This document shows positions 36,701-48,470 of a stretch of 64,000 nt of DNA, one piece after another. The translations under genes and the position numbers were made by a program. This DNA comes from Phoronis australis (taxonomy: Eukaryota; Animalia; Phoronida): the NCBI GenBank assembly GCA_002633005.1, contig NMRA01000450.1, positions 62,001 to 126,000 on the forward strand, written 5' to 3'. The notes under the pieces were generated by a model. The model was not told the origin of the DNA, ran no database searches, and was given only the letters and a program-made list of their open reading frames with translations. Every line of letters begins with the position of its first letter. Position 1 is the stretch's first letter.

Positions 36701-36984
36701 TTTTTGTGCCGCGTCAGTGAGATTTCGTCTTCTTGTGTTTTAACTTTGTACATTAATGTCAGCCTTTGTGCTCGACCACTCTTCTTTTCATTGTTGATAT
36801 ATGCACCTGACCCATTGAGTTGTACAAATTCAGCCAAAAGACTCATTTGAAGTCCTTCTTCAACGTTGAGGGCACGGAATTTTTCCTCCGTGTTATCAGC
36901 TTGTACAATATTGATCGTTGCCTCTTCATCTTTCATAACGTCAATGCTATCATCATCGAGATCTTGCTTGAACAGAGAATAATT
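33583..36984 (-). CDS. Main exon of a stonustoxin-like MACPF / P-loop GTPase (septin/AIG1-like) fusion protein, ~1162 aa spliced
   Basis: 3402-nt open exon after a T/C-rich tract and CCTCAG acceptor. SNTX-like motifs LNGSGAYIN, LMYKVKT, ATHVVVGIEWGA, GKGVPLLFTLLPL, VVLYENG. GTPase G1 GEVGVGKST (~35272-35295) and G3 LIDTPG (~35030). Two Cys/His clusters and coiled coils. Confidence 0.9.
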   Translation of the reverse strand, partial: NYSLFKQDLDDDSIDVMKDEEATINIVQADNTEEKFRALNVEEGLQMSLLAEFVQLNGSGAYINNEKKSGRAQRLTLMYKVKTQEDEISLTRHKKNINNDVFMAIKSAGHEATHVVVGIEWGAVCSITCENENSEDREKTAVQEDLRVELEKFRKLLKAGDSVDSSDSRPDKASSFTFKCISDVFPVDKTLTFEEALEYAKKFPVCIQQTNGGKGVPLLFTLLPLQSVVKICSLQIDVQFNFKSIEEDTMKRTVQMAEKIKMQRQRLHDIQNDLHMLGDYIEEAVSVSIDQSVKDIAKHESSFRCKLRDLVPEIRRQNEDGSALETWVKEFTSIVSSYDSQIQRFQVNLKDLQHVKEWTARGIRYTSKKARLSTNDATTVYIMYKPREDTKRGQQIENFFLRCHRTFKTRNDTVFKVVDEAITPDLWTSGKREAKVVLYENGIMACDNLYTRDGKNMNRCLIRHHDVKRDRKPKERAAVKLKCPKQCSGKTVTWECSVCNEVVEYGVTTRRFHCSCGSSTPANASFRCNEESHGFDYVKYSNNFLFDQLNLLRANPEKNVLILGEVGVGKSTWINAIVNYLAFDDLEDAMNASDFYTVIPSQFTHHVGGQSVTVKLGAGSKSTQIDGNPETTETMAYVFFSGEERIRLIDTPGVGVNPEEDRKSLENILSYVSFYDEIHAVCILLKSNNSRVTVPFRYCLQELLKNLHKSAKNNVVFCFTNSRASGFSPGDSVPVLNSTLKQMSLGIECSSMNYFCFENDALRFLACLQSDIPFTKKQICDFAESWQYSAEQTKNFFLKIRNMDPHQVKSTISINESRKIIVAMTKPMAEIAKVIQLNIKRATDANATINFQRQSLAETKKALRFKGITLERTNLPYPKTVCAHSNCIKRVTVGEGNTQETVYPQECHDHCYLEGVPTETINDYRLQQCWCISGTQCHQCGHDFKIHMHITYTVNQVEKEFISPEVQGQILRLESKTQQQQRLKETIDDTVRELKEEERSIIKASAHYGAFLKQNAIKSYNDATGEYLDLMIRHEQEAPNEVHENVVKRLLTLKREYEAEKQIFKEAMSRGHEISSNDIWKVKIALLRLKHFGKTLKEMLDGISISHSTEGLCYREKFAPIRQRICVSEFSAN

Positions 36985-37109
36985 CTGAGGAAAAAAGAAA
37001 TATACAAATTTAGACTCGATCCCATCATGTGATGTGGAACTAATGAAAGTAAATTTTGACCGAGGCCGAAGGTTCATATGATATACACTATTTCATTACA
37101 TGATCAGTG

Positions 37110-37266
37110 CAGTGGCGGATTTAGAGGGGGGCAGGGGGCCATGGCCCCAACTAAAATTCTACTAGATTCCATTTGGCAGTTCGATGGTGTGAACGTCTGA
37201 CGGGCAAAATCCTGGCTAATACTCTGCCCTGCCACCCCCCAACTCAAAATCATGGATCCGCCCCTG
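37110..37266. mobile_element. hAT-like MITE with apparent 5-bp TSD (intronic)
   Basis: TIRs CAGTGGCGGAT / ATCCGCCCCTG; CAGTG lies directly before (37105-37109) and after (37267-37271). Confidence 0.7.
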
Positions 37267-37284
37267 CAGTGATGTCTCTTTTAA

Positions 37285-37645
37285 AAGGATACTAAACTCT
37301 GTTTCGAAGATTTTATATAATGCTCGTTCACTCACTTGTTAGTGCATCAGCGGCGTCAATATTAAACGATGAATGCAGGAATCAACTGAAAACCCATGCT
37401 CCTTACATAACAGATTGAATATTACGGTTCTTGGAGGGTGGTCTTTCTACACAGTTGTCGTGTAATTCGTTAAAAGCGTAGGTCACGCTTGCCCATTTAG
37501 CATATTTTGAAAGGAGTTTTCAAAATTTCAAAGTTTTGACTTTTGAGGGTTCGGTGATTACAGAGCATTATTCTGCATTAGTGAATTGGACGGAAAAGTC
37601 GTTTATTATGTGTGTTGATAGGTCAAAACCCGGTTTGGAATCCTT
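37285..37645. mobile_element. TTAA-flanked MITE (Kolobok-like termini), intronic
   Basis: TTAA-AAGGATACTAAAC ... GTTTGGAATCCTT-TTAA. Confidence 0.6.
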
Positions 37646-38931
37646 TTAAATGATTTTTGTCTCGTATAGGATTGGCGTTTTCTTGCTTGTTTAAATGTAT
37701 TACACCGTCTGGTAACTTCGTTGCCAAGGTTTATGGTTTCTACAGCGTGTTATTTTTAGATTGCAAATGACGACAGTTTTTTCTAAACCCGCACAAAGGC
37801 AACTTAAGCTGAATTTGCATTTCTCGATAAAAAATGCATAACATCTCATGTGACAAAAACGAACAACATGCACATCTACATCTCTGAGACAGATGCGTGA
37901 GAACGCATATTAAAATTATTTTGGCTCTCCTGAGTTGGATCTTGCTTTTGAAAAAAGTGAACAACAAAACAGTCGTCGCGCCACGCACTCGATTTTCAAA
38001 AACAACCTACATGTAGCACAAATTTTGCTTTATGGTCTCATTAACGTCAACTGGCACCTCTGTCCTCTGAACGGCTGTAACTCGGTGTGACATCTTCCGA
38101 TATATCGCAGTATTGACCATCATTTTTCATTCATGTCGCCCGTCAGATGCCGTTGTTCGCGATATGACAAATCAGACGCAGTAGAAACCGTAAACCTGAC
38201 CTTCAAAGGAGCAGACGATGTCAAAACAACAAAGCAGGCAAGAATCTTGTTAGATACGAAAAATGGGACGACAGATACATCAGTGGTCGTGTACCAAAAA
38301 AAAATTAGACCGATATCCCTCGAGTGTATCAGGTCGTATATGCATCGGTACAGGAATGTTGCCCTCGGGCAATATTGCTTTACCTCGACCTCGGTCGCAG
38401 ATGCACCTGCTTTTCGACTGCCGTATTTGCCTCTCGGCTGGTACACAGTGTAAGGAGTCAAAAACAGTTCATACAGTTGACACGATAAACGATGCAATAA
38501 AAATGTCTAATAGCAGTAAAGAAATTATGAGGAAGCATTTTGTTCAATAATTGTCATTTTAAAAGCCTTGCGTTCATATTTTTGTCACTTCAGCTTCAGT
38601 TTTAAAATAATTTAAATGGGTAAATTGATTAATCGCTTATATCAATTATCAACGTCGTAAATTACTAACCAGCATCATATACACAAACAAGAAAATTAGA
38701 TACTAATGAATGTACGGCTTCATTTATGCTTTTGAATTATCAATTTACACCGTCAAAGTTAGGCAAATATACGTAAAGGGATAAAAACAAATTCAACAGA
38801 ATTTTTTGTATTTTATAAATCGAAATGAATCCTGATCTTTGATCCGGATACAAAATCCTGTGGAACGCGTGGCCTTGCATTCCCCAGCAACAAGTGCGAT
38901 AATCTCGGAACTGCGATAACATGTGCAACAA

Positions 38932-39330
38932 CACTCTTCCACAGTGCTACGAAAAGTAGCACTGTGGAATGTTGTTTATAATGGCTTCCCATTGGTTAAA
39001 GTAATGAAACCGACACCATAACCTTCAGCCATTCCCAGTGGTTGAAATCTGGGAAACCCCTTTCAGTTTACTGTTACGTAATATGGCGACCACCTTTGAC
39101 TTGAATAGTTGCAATTTGTTAAAACGGGCAGAGATCGAAGTAAACAAAATCAAGGAAACCCTACTCCGTGGCTAAGCCCAAACAAGTACAGTACCTAGAA
39201 GGCGTGTGCAAGTAGTGGCGATGTGATCGATAAATTTCCGACCAAGCATGCGCATTGATGCCCACACAGGAAATTCAGTGTGGCGTTTATCATGTTTCCA
39301 CAGGGTCACTTTTCAGAATAGGTGGCGCTG
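38932..39330. repeat. Interspersed repeat family with copies at ~53438-53635 (direct, internally deleted) and ~61050-61412 (inverted)
   Basis: Shared blocks ATGGCTTCYCATTRGTTAAAG, TTGAAATCTGGGAAACC, TTCCGACCAAGCATG, ATCATGTTTCCACAGRGYCACTTTTCA. Confidence 0.75.
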
Positions 39331-39414
39331 GGTCAGAGGGTAAGGTGCAACCAGCAACAATGAATTCCGTGTCCATCGTTCTATATGCAGTCGTCGATCC
39401 AAATGAATGCCTAC

Positions 39415-39501
39415 CGTGAATGTATCTGACGTGGCGTTATACAATGCTCCTATTTTACCAGATCTTCCAACTGCTGCTCGGCTTATTGATGCCCTCAGCA
39501 T
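39415..39501 (-). CDS. First recognisable coding exon of the MACPF-GTPase fusion gene
   Basis: MLRASISRAAVGRSGKIGALYNATSDTFT resembles the stonustoxin-family N-terminal (AL)GR...LG.LYD...D motif. Phase-0 GTAGGC donor matches the phase-0 acceptor at 36984. An acceptor TAG at 39526-39528 implies a further upstream exon. Confidence 0.8.
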
Positions 39502-40388
39502 GTTGGTAACTGTCGTTTCCCGTCGCTACAAATGTAGACAACATAACAGTGTGACAATCGCACAAACAAGGCACAAGCGATGTATGACATGAGTTTTCTG
39601 TCGGAATGTACTGGCGTTTATGTGTTGAAAAGTCAGTATGGGTATGAGTTATTGGGTTGTTTTTCAGGACTTTATGTATGAACAGTGATGGTGTAACAGT
39701 TGATCAGTTATTGCACCGGGTGTGTAGGCACGACATAGTCCAAAAGTGTCCATATGTTAACTAATCGGAACAATATCATGATAACCAGAACATTATGGAG
39801 TTAAAAACGTAATTAGGAAAATAATAGAATGTCTCGTCTCAAAAAGGAGTGATCCTTCACATATGTTTTATTCGAAGCACATGCGCACTAGACATCATTA
39901 CGGTCTGTGAAACAACAATGTCTGTCAGTGGTCGTCCAATGGGATTTCGCTAGATTTGTTTCCTCTCTACGGTCTCTGGCCATACCACCCGCTGGTTCCA
40001 TGCGTGTCCGCTGGGGTAAAGGTACACGCAGGTATCATTCACTACCACGCGTTTTATTACTCGTTGATGTAACCTTGGCAGTCATTGGTTAGCTTTATAA
40101 CAAATAAAAATGACGAACTGTGAACAAAAGTCAGCGACAGTAGCAAAATGCACATCGAAAAGGTACAGCCACAACTTTCCAATTCACATTTCTTGAACAT
40201 ATCCCTATAGGACTGTCCCGTATTACACAGCAACACTTGAATCTTGCTGAATTTACCCACAATGCCGTAAGCCTTCGTCAAGCACATTTGCTGCATCGTG
40301 TCCGTGGCCGACTAGAATTTCATATGTCATTTGTTGTTGTCTGATTTGTTAGTTTTTTCTCGCTTACATTACTCCATTCGTTCTTCCA

Positions 40389-40622
40389 ATGCCAGCGAAG
40401 TGTTACAGCTGTGCTGTGGGCTGCAACTCCAACGTGAAAAGGCTTGATAAACTGGACAATTACCCGTGGATGTGTGATCTGAAAATTTTCGCGATCCCAA
40501 CATCAATGAGAGACAGGAAAATGTGCCTGATTTCCAAAACAAGGATATACCCTTTCTCATCTCCGATACAAAGGAGAGTTCTATCGCCGCTCTTAAGGAC
40601 CGTTTTGTCTGTACCACCGTAA
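40389..40622 (+). pseudogene. Degenerate THAP-domain remnant (transposon-derived)
   Basis: MPAKCYSCAVGCNSN...IFAIP...RVLSPLL follows the THAP pattern, with the W and the final C/H lost. Confidence 0.45.
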
Positions 40623-41492
40623 TATACATTTTGCACTTCCTTCATCAGTCATGCCGGGTTTTTTTACTTATCAAGCGCTGCCTGTTGACAATTCTACAAG
40701 CTAATCAGAAACGTCGGTGAAAAAGTGTTTCCCCGAGGAAATTAATTGATTCCTGCTTGTCCGCTTTCCCTTTGCAGACACGAAAGGAACCAGACATGGG
40801 CGGCGCACCATAGGGGACTGGGGAACTATAGCCCCCAAGACTTTTTTCAATGCTACGCCGCCCGTGGTCTATGGGCGGTGCACCGTAGGGTGGGCTTAGG
40901 ACCTACAGCTCCCCCACCCCCTCACTTTTTTAGCGCTGCGCCGCCCATGCTAGAGAGGTCATGCCATAGAACATGCCGCGCGTGACTTACGTAGTGTGTT
41001 ATTAGACCTTTACACCCAGAGAACAGCCGAGATAGTTTGCGACTGCCTTTTCGACTGAGTTTTAATCGATTGTTATCAAATCAAGCCTAATTTCATGGCT
41101 TCATGTTCATTTTCATTGCGTTATTTTCGTTCAACAAGAGAGATTCGTGAGGTACTGTTCCAGACAACTAGCAATTTCTTGACAAAATTAATCAACAAAC
41201 AGGACGAGTGCGTTGGTCATTCTGTGTACTCATCCACCTGGAGCCCTGTCTGACTGTCGTGTATCTTTTCATTCCCAGTCTTAGAACCACTTTCTACAGC
41301 CAATCAAACTACATGCCAGGAGTTTTTAACAGGACATTTTTGGGTGTCAAAATCATGTTTCAGTATTTTACGCAAGGAAGTGACGTTTGCTTTCTGAGTG
41401 TCTGTCCTGCAATTGTAAATGAAAAGTTTAGACCCTTCTAAAAGCTGGGTTTACGTATCTTCCACAAAACTACTCGTTGCGTTGTAAGCTAA

Positions 41493-41547
41493 GCGTGCGT
41501 GCGTGTGTGTGTGTTCGTGTGCGTGCGTGCGTGTACATGTGCGTGTG
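41493..41547. repeat. (GCGT)n/(GT)n microsatellite
   Basis: Directly visible. Confidence 0.85.
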
Positions 41548-41731
41548 AAGAGCACTAATGTCTTTAGTTTTTTTCTATAATTCATTTGCGCAGTATTACC
41601 TTGTTGCTCAGGTGCTTTTTCGTTAATTCATTTTCTTAGCAGCAATGTTATCTGCAGTACTTATCTATCTCCATGGTGTGATTTCACACGCGACATAGCC
41701 CTATTTTCCCGTTCAACTAAAATTAAAGAAC

Positions 41732-41741
41732 GGGACTTTCC
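41732..41741. promoter_or_regulatory. Perfect NF-kB consensus site GGGACTTTCC upstream of the MACPF-GTPase gene
   Basis: Exact classical kB decamer ~2.2 kb 5' of the first coding exon; function unproven. Confidence 0.25.
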
Positions 41742-43418
41742 ATGGGTTTTTACGGCACCTGCAATCTCACGCTCAAATAAAAATGACAAAAAATCCACCG
41801 GGCGCTTGGAGTGTTACGTCTCCCGTTCGACAAAAAAGTGCGTTTTGGCTTAGACCCAGATGTCCCGCTTTTTATTACGAAATCTAGCTTTTCAATCCAG
41901 TTGTCCTGCTCTTTATTCTCGAATGTTGACTGCAGCTACTATGCAACAAGAGGTCTAAATAACATCACCTCTTTGTCATGAATTTCGTAATTTCCCAGAG
42001 TTACATAGCAATCGTACAAATGTGTTCCAATATCTCTTGTTTACGGTAACGTGAACTACATGTATCAGCATCAATTATTTTTACTTTCAGAAGGAACAAG
42101 ACAGTTTATTTCTAAACTTTTATGGAAAGTCCTACGCTGCAAAAATGTAATAAGCAATCCACAACATATGCCAAAGCAACGTAACAGATGTTTGACTTTT
42201 TTATCACTCAGAAAACCTTCATATGCAAATTTCGGATAGGCACATGCAGTTGGAGTAATTAGTCTAGAAAAGCAAATAGTTACGACTACAGTGAAAAAGA
42301 GTGACTAGAATTTTCTACTCACACAAGCTTCCTTCTTTTACGACATACCTTACAGAAAAGAACTTTGGATGCAGCTGTCTCCGTCTATGCGATGTCTGAT
42401 ATGAATGTGTCGCTATTGCGTGACTCGATCGTTGTCTGTGGCAAGCAACTTGAAACTTGATAGGCATCAGAAATGAGCCAATTCTTCCTATTGACGTGTC
42501 ATTTCCGACTTTCCTGTAACATATTCCGTTCTCAAATTACTCTAAAACAACTGCCAAAGTAGCGGACATTGGAACTTATATCAGACCGGCGTAAAATTAC
42601 TCACCCCTCCCTCCCCTGTGCTTAAGTGTCCAGCCTCCAACTACTGGAATTACGGGCCCGTACGTATGGGAACCCCACACATGCAAAAATGACAGTAAGG
42701 CTGAAAGACTATGTCTTGTAATCTAACCCAAAATGAAGATGATAACAGTGTAGCTACAGCTCTTAGTAAACGGAAGTAACTATGCTAATATCGAACATGT
42801 CCTATCTCTCGCAAGTGGAAACTGTGCGTAGCCACTATTATACGTCTCCAACAGATGTAGAATTAAGCGTATTCATCGTTATTGACAACGTGAAACCCAA
42901 TTTTGTTGATACAGAACAAAGTTAATGCGCGGGTCGTGGATACATCTCATGGGTGCAGTCAGGAAATGCCAAACAAGCTAACAATCAAGTGCCAGCAGCA
43001 CCTAAATTCAGCAATGTGCAAGCGTTAAGAAGGTTGTGCGATGCATTTGGGACTCCTGTGATGCATGTTAAAGACATACAAAAAACAAACGAGGAAAGGT
43101 GCCAGTTTCTGATAGAAGCACTTCACGATCAGAATTCGCATGGATAAACCATTGACAATTATTCAAGTGTCCGATGGATAAAAAAACATAAAAGCGCTAT
43201 AGAATAAAAGCATTGCAGAAATAAATTTCTAATGCCAGGTAATTGTTACCACTCAGAACCACGTGATCACGAAAATGATGACATCATTGACATGAGGAAG
43301 ATGGCTGAGCCAGAATGTCAAACTGAGATTAATCTTTTTACTAGAGTAATACCTGTAATACCTGCCACGGACAGGATCATCGGGCATATGCTGGTGCATT
43401 AATACATTCCCCAGACCA

Positions 43419-45309
43419 TCACCGTGACAGCAGAAGGCTCAGAACTCCAGGGCTGACGTTGCCTGTAAGTATCTGATTTGACAACACTCTGGCACGGCTC
43501 TTCTTGTGACTCTTAGCAGCATGGACATAAATAATACCGGCTTCGAGCAGTCGGCTACCATCATTGAACTCAGCCAGTTGGGATAAAGTCTGCTCGAGGG
43601 AGTGTTTGTGGGCCAGCAGCTTCACATCAGCCGAATATAAGACGAGGGGCTGGTTGGTGGTGCATGAGCTATTGAGGTAATCTGCACGCTCATTAATCAA
43701 GACACCGGCGTGGCCAGGTACGAAAGATCAGATCACTATATGATGAGAGTGGCGTGATCGGAAGACACCCCAGTTGGCTGGGAGGTTTCCAGATTGACCT
43801 TTCATCAACACTGCCATGGAGTCGATGGTAAAGATAATGGTGTGATTTTCCTGGTCTAGGAGTGACAACTTAGTTAGGGCACGTTGTATAGCCTCAAACT
43901 CCGCCCGCGTACATGGTGGCAGCCACTGCCCTCCGCAATGACGTTGTTAGCACAGAGTATTTGATGACCCCATATCGCACGATTAGTTTTACCACCAAAG
44001 GATCCATCTGTTGCTACAATGGTGGCATTAATACCGCCAAGATCATGCCATTGCTGACAGCACAATGCTTTGGCTACTCCAGGAGGCCATTCCCGAGCTT
44101 CCTTGTTGAAAGCAATGGTAACATTCGGTTTCTCACCGAGTTCTTGTACTGGCAGCCAAGCAGCATCTTGCGCGATCGTGTGTTCGCCGATGAGACCCAT
44201 GGTTGCGTTTGCAGCAGCGACAGTCCACGAGCACCTGAGAGGCATTGCGGAAAGGTCTAGAGCGAAGTCGATAAGCTTCTGTTGCAGGGACAGGGTTCAA
44301 GCACCTGTCAAGTGCAGTCTTCACTTGACTGCGTAACAGATGGAAGGGGCTTTGAACAGCCTTAGCTACAGTAATATCTTGTACAAGAGATTGTCTGTCT
44401 GCAATGCTGGGAACACCGACAAGGTAGCTTAATGCTGTGACTGACGTAGATCTCGTACATGACGCGAAAACCAAGGTTTTGGAGTCTCTCAAGCCTGTTG
44501 ATTTGATTTTTAATGATGTTGATCATGGGTAGAGCGCAGTCGAAGACCGGAGTGACGAGGGCTTTATAAAGCATGACGAGGTGCCTTTCTTCCGCCTTCC
44601 GACCGGCCGCATCCCTAAGGGCATTGATTCCTTTGTTAGCACAGCTGATCACACTGTTAACTTGAGTTGTTAAGTTGAGCCGGCGGTCGAGTTCTACACC
44701 CAAGTGACACATCTGGTCAGATGTTGCAATCCTCTTCCCATCGTAAGTAGGACAAGGGAATTCATCGACACTGAGGCGATTGTCCAGAGTACAGAAGAGA
44801 GGTTCACATTTGTCTTCATCGCAGTTCATTCCGCTGGTAGCACAATACTCGCAGATTTCCATCAAGGTAGACTGTGCTTTGTGGAGAATCTCCTGATGCG
44901 TTTGTCCTTGCGATGACAGCAGCATGTCGTCTGCAAAGGTGCAAAGTCGGCAGTCGGCGCTGTTCAGTCTGGTGAGTGCGAGGGTGTAGATATTGAACAG
45001 CACTGGGGACAGAGGTGAACCTTAGGGTAAGCCTGTGTTGACAGATGCCCATTTTGAACCCCATGTGCGACGTTTTAGCACGCATCTCCGGCTGTTGAGG
45101 GCACTCATCACCCATCTAATGCACCGTACAGGAATATTGAGATGAAGCATGCCATCCACAAGTTTTGGAAGCTGAAAAGACTTGTACGCATTTTCTAGAT
45201 CAAGGTCAACGAGGAGAGTGTTTTCTGTTTTCAAAACGTTGCCATATCTCATCTGCAATAGACGCTGCATTGGCCCATGAATCTCTACCAGGTCGATAGA
45301 GATGGACAT
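43419..45309 (-). mobile_element. Decayed RNase-H-containing LINE (I-group-like), RT plus RNase H
   Basis: DLDLENAY, GLP*GSPLSPVLFNIYT, TFADDMLL, HLGVELDRRL, LYKALV.P.FD, then RNase H VATDGS, IDSMAVL, VPGHAGVLINERADYL. Confidence 0.88.
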
Positions 45310-48300
45310 CTACTTTTGTGCAATTTCAAGAGGAGTGGCTATTATTCTATGCTTGACTATATAATGGCTAATGTGGACAACTTTGTAATCGTAGTTGGCA
45401 AATAATTATCCCCGTCTTCAACTAGACTAAAAGTTCGAGTGTGCACTCAAATTTCATCAAATGTTAACTTGGAATAGAAATTCATTTCCATCAACCATAA
45501 TGAACTTGTATTGAGTTCGCCCAAGCTTAGACCGGAAAATGGCAAAAATCCGAGTGGAAATATTAGATCCTGGCGCTTGGGGCCTACAATAGTCAACCAT
45601 CCACATTCCAACAGAATGCACAGAGGGGTTTGTATTTGTTGGCGAGACCATGCAATACTAATCCCCAGTGTAACGCTGCCGACGTCATCACGTTGAAGAG
45701 TCACGTGCTCCTGGATGGCCATGTGTTCTTGGATAGTCACCTGCTAACTGACATGATTGCATGGACATGATTAGGCCCTGGCATGCTACGAAATACTTCT
45801 AATGACTCGTTTATCCATATCTGTATCAGTACAAACAGTACTGATTCATGTTTTAGCACCAAAATGATGTAAAAGTGCTGGTTTTTAAAAATAATGAAGT
45901 AGGAAATAGTTTTGCTCGTACGAAGTCAACTACAAAAGCCGGATCACGAAGACCTGAATTTTAAAGCATTGGACACGGAAGCTATTCATGGGCCGCCAGT
46001 AATAAGATACAGTACATTATACTTTCGCCGAAGTCAATATGTTGGTTTTCAGACCTCAAAAATGTGATAATGGTCGAGTAGGAGCTAAAAAGTTCAGAAG
46101 ATTGTCCCCAAATTTGACTATCAGTGTTACCGAGGTTTCGACATGAAGGTCACGAATCGTTAAGCGTGTATGTAGTCAATCATCCGTCTGTTGCCAAAAA
46201 TGATTTTTGGCGGTAAGTTATCACTGGTTCTCTTATGACAGAAACGGCTGAAGTCATCAACTCACATCCGTAAATTGAAAATCGAAAACCAAATTGATTC
46301 CATTTTTCATATTCACTTGCAAAGTAGAGAATTAAGAAACCGAAACCGCCTCTGATTTTTCGATTTTTCCACACAATGTAAACCGATAGAGCCTATAATA
46401 CAATGACTTCAAGCCAATCAGAAACGTTAATTTTACGTGTTATTTAACTCCACCCCCCAATTGAGCTGGTCTCATCCGGTGGACCAGACATCTATTAAAA
46501 TAAATATGTCGAAGTTGGAACAGCATTTTGATCACACAGCGAATCTTGCGAAACGAGGAAATCTCAGTCATCTTGATGCAAGATCGTGGTGTAGATCGAC
46601 GCGTAGCAACAGTCAAACAACCTTGGAATAGCGATACGCATAACAGGCAAACCCCCTCACAGACTTAAAAGAGAACAATATTGGATAGACAAACTGAATA
46701 CAATAGAACCTCATGGATTGAACATAAAAACTTAAAATATGTCATTGAATTTTTTACGCAAAAATGTATCATTTTCATTACACCATATCTTATATGTCAA
46801 TTGTCATTTCGTGTTTGATTTTACTTTATTTCTGTTTTTGTTGATAAAGGAAGTTGTTACCTCCGAAAATTTCAAATTTCAGTTGATCCATTCTTGTTGT
46901 TTTATTTACCGATTTATATTCTTCATTTCACGAAACAATAGTATCCTTGGGAGGATCTGGATCGCCTTATTTAGTTTCAGATATATTTTCTAGGCAAACA
47001 AAAGTATACACAGTTGCATTTGTCCTTTCTAAAGCGATAAGCACCTCACTGGGCCAATAGTTAGGGCTGATGCCTACATCTCATTGGTCGGCTAAGACGT
47101 TTGACTTTGATTGACATTCAAAATATTTGCCTGTGTTACTTTACCTCCTTATTCACCGATTCGAAATGTGCGTACGAGAAAAGTAAAATTCTGAGTCACT
47201 TCTAGTTTTCTATCCTCTGCAATTTGCAGTAGAGTTTTGATTTTCGATTTTTCCACATAAAACGAAAATTTATTACTTGATTCAGTTTTCTAATTAAGAA
47301 ACCTTCTAAGTCAGAGTGTGAATAGGTAATAGAGTTAGGAGATATATACGCATTGCCTTATGAAATTACAAAGGATCCCAACAATAGATGGTTCCAATTT
47401 AGAATATTACACACCTTTTTAGGAATGTCTTCCTGTACAAGATTTTTGGAAGGACTTCTGAAAACTTCTTCAAAAGTGTCTCATTAATCTTCTTAACTGT
47501 GTCTCTTACAAACGTGTTATTCATGGACTTTATGAGACACATTTTACTATTACTAACCAAACAGTAGGACAGCTTCTCTGGGAAATGGGAAAAGTTTATT
47601 GTTCACGTTAACTACATGTAGCACTTGTTTACTTTATACGAGATACGAGAATGGTCTCTCCTGAGGTGTGCATGCCTGAATGAATGGGTGTGTTTATTTG
47701 TTTGTTTTTTTTGCACTTGTTTATCTGGCTGTACTTCGGGAGCACGTTTTTGGTTATACAGAATTGGTTAAATGCGCGACACTTTTCGTTGTTCACAGTC
47801 TTTTTTCCGTTACGTTCAAATCTGCGGAACTTGAAAATGAAACAAGTATGTTTCGAAATACCGTGTGTCTTTTAATTATGTCGCTAGGTCAGTTAGTTTA
47901 TTTTCAGTTGAGAGAAGAGTTTTGTTCCGCAGGTATAAACATAACGGAATAAAGACTGAACAATGAAAAGTGTTATGCGTTTAACCAATTCTGTATAAAT
48001 TGTTTATCTATGATAATAAATAACTAAAATTTTTTTTGAAAGATTTTCTTTGAGCAACTGCTGTTTTTCATCAATTTAATTGATAGTTCGATGATACTCC
48101 ATTTTTGCTAACACAAAAATAGAAAAATATTGAGACAAGTTTGGTGCACTTTTTATAGATCTCCTTATGTGAGATTACTGAGTTGGAATGCCCGATACGC
48201 GAACATTTCTAAGAAATGCTCATTGCAATAGTTATCAAGAAAATAGGTGAATGACAGTTTGCAATAATCTGTGATTATTATGTTTTGCAACTTTTCAACT

Positions 48301-48315
48301 TGCACATACTATGAA

Positions 48316-48470
48316 TCAGACTAAAATTTAAGCCTTACCTTTTGTCAAAAACACACGTAAATCTATAGCTACAAAGCATCAGATTAAAAATTATGTCTTA
48401 CCGTTTGTCAAAAAGACACGTAAATCTATAGCTACAAAGCATCAGATTAAAATTTAAGTCTTACTGTTTT
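48316..48470. repeat. ~62-63-nt tandem repeat, about 2.5 copies
   Basis: ATCAGA.TAAAA..TA.G.CTTAC..TTTGTCAAAAA.ACACGTAAATCTATAGCTACAAAGC repeated. Confidence 0.8.

Noticed and set aside
36985-37077. N-terminal 31 aa of the listed 1164-aa ORF
   Set aside because: It is the intron's polypyrimidine tract and acceptor; the family-like N-terminus is on the 39.4-kb exon.
48316-48470. Regularly spaced repeats as a possible CRISPR array
   Set aside because: Whole units repeat with no unique spacers; eukaryotic context and no cas genes.
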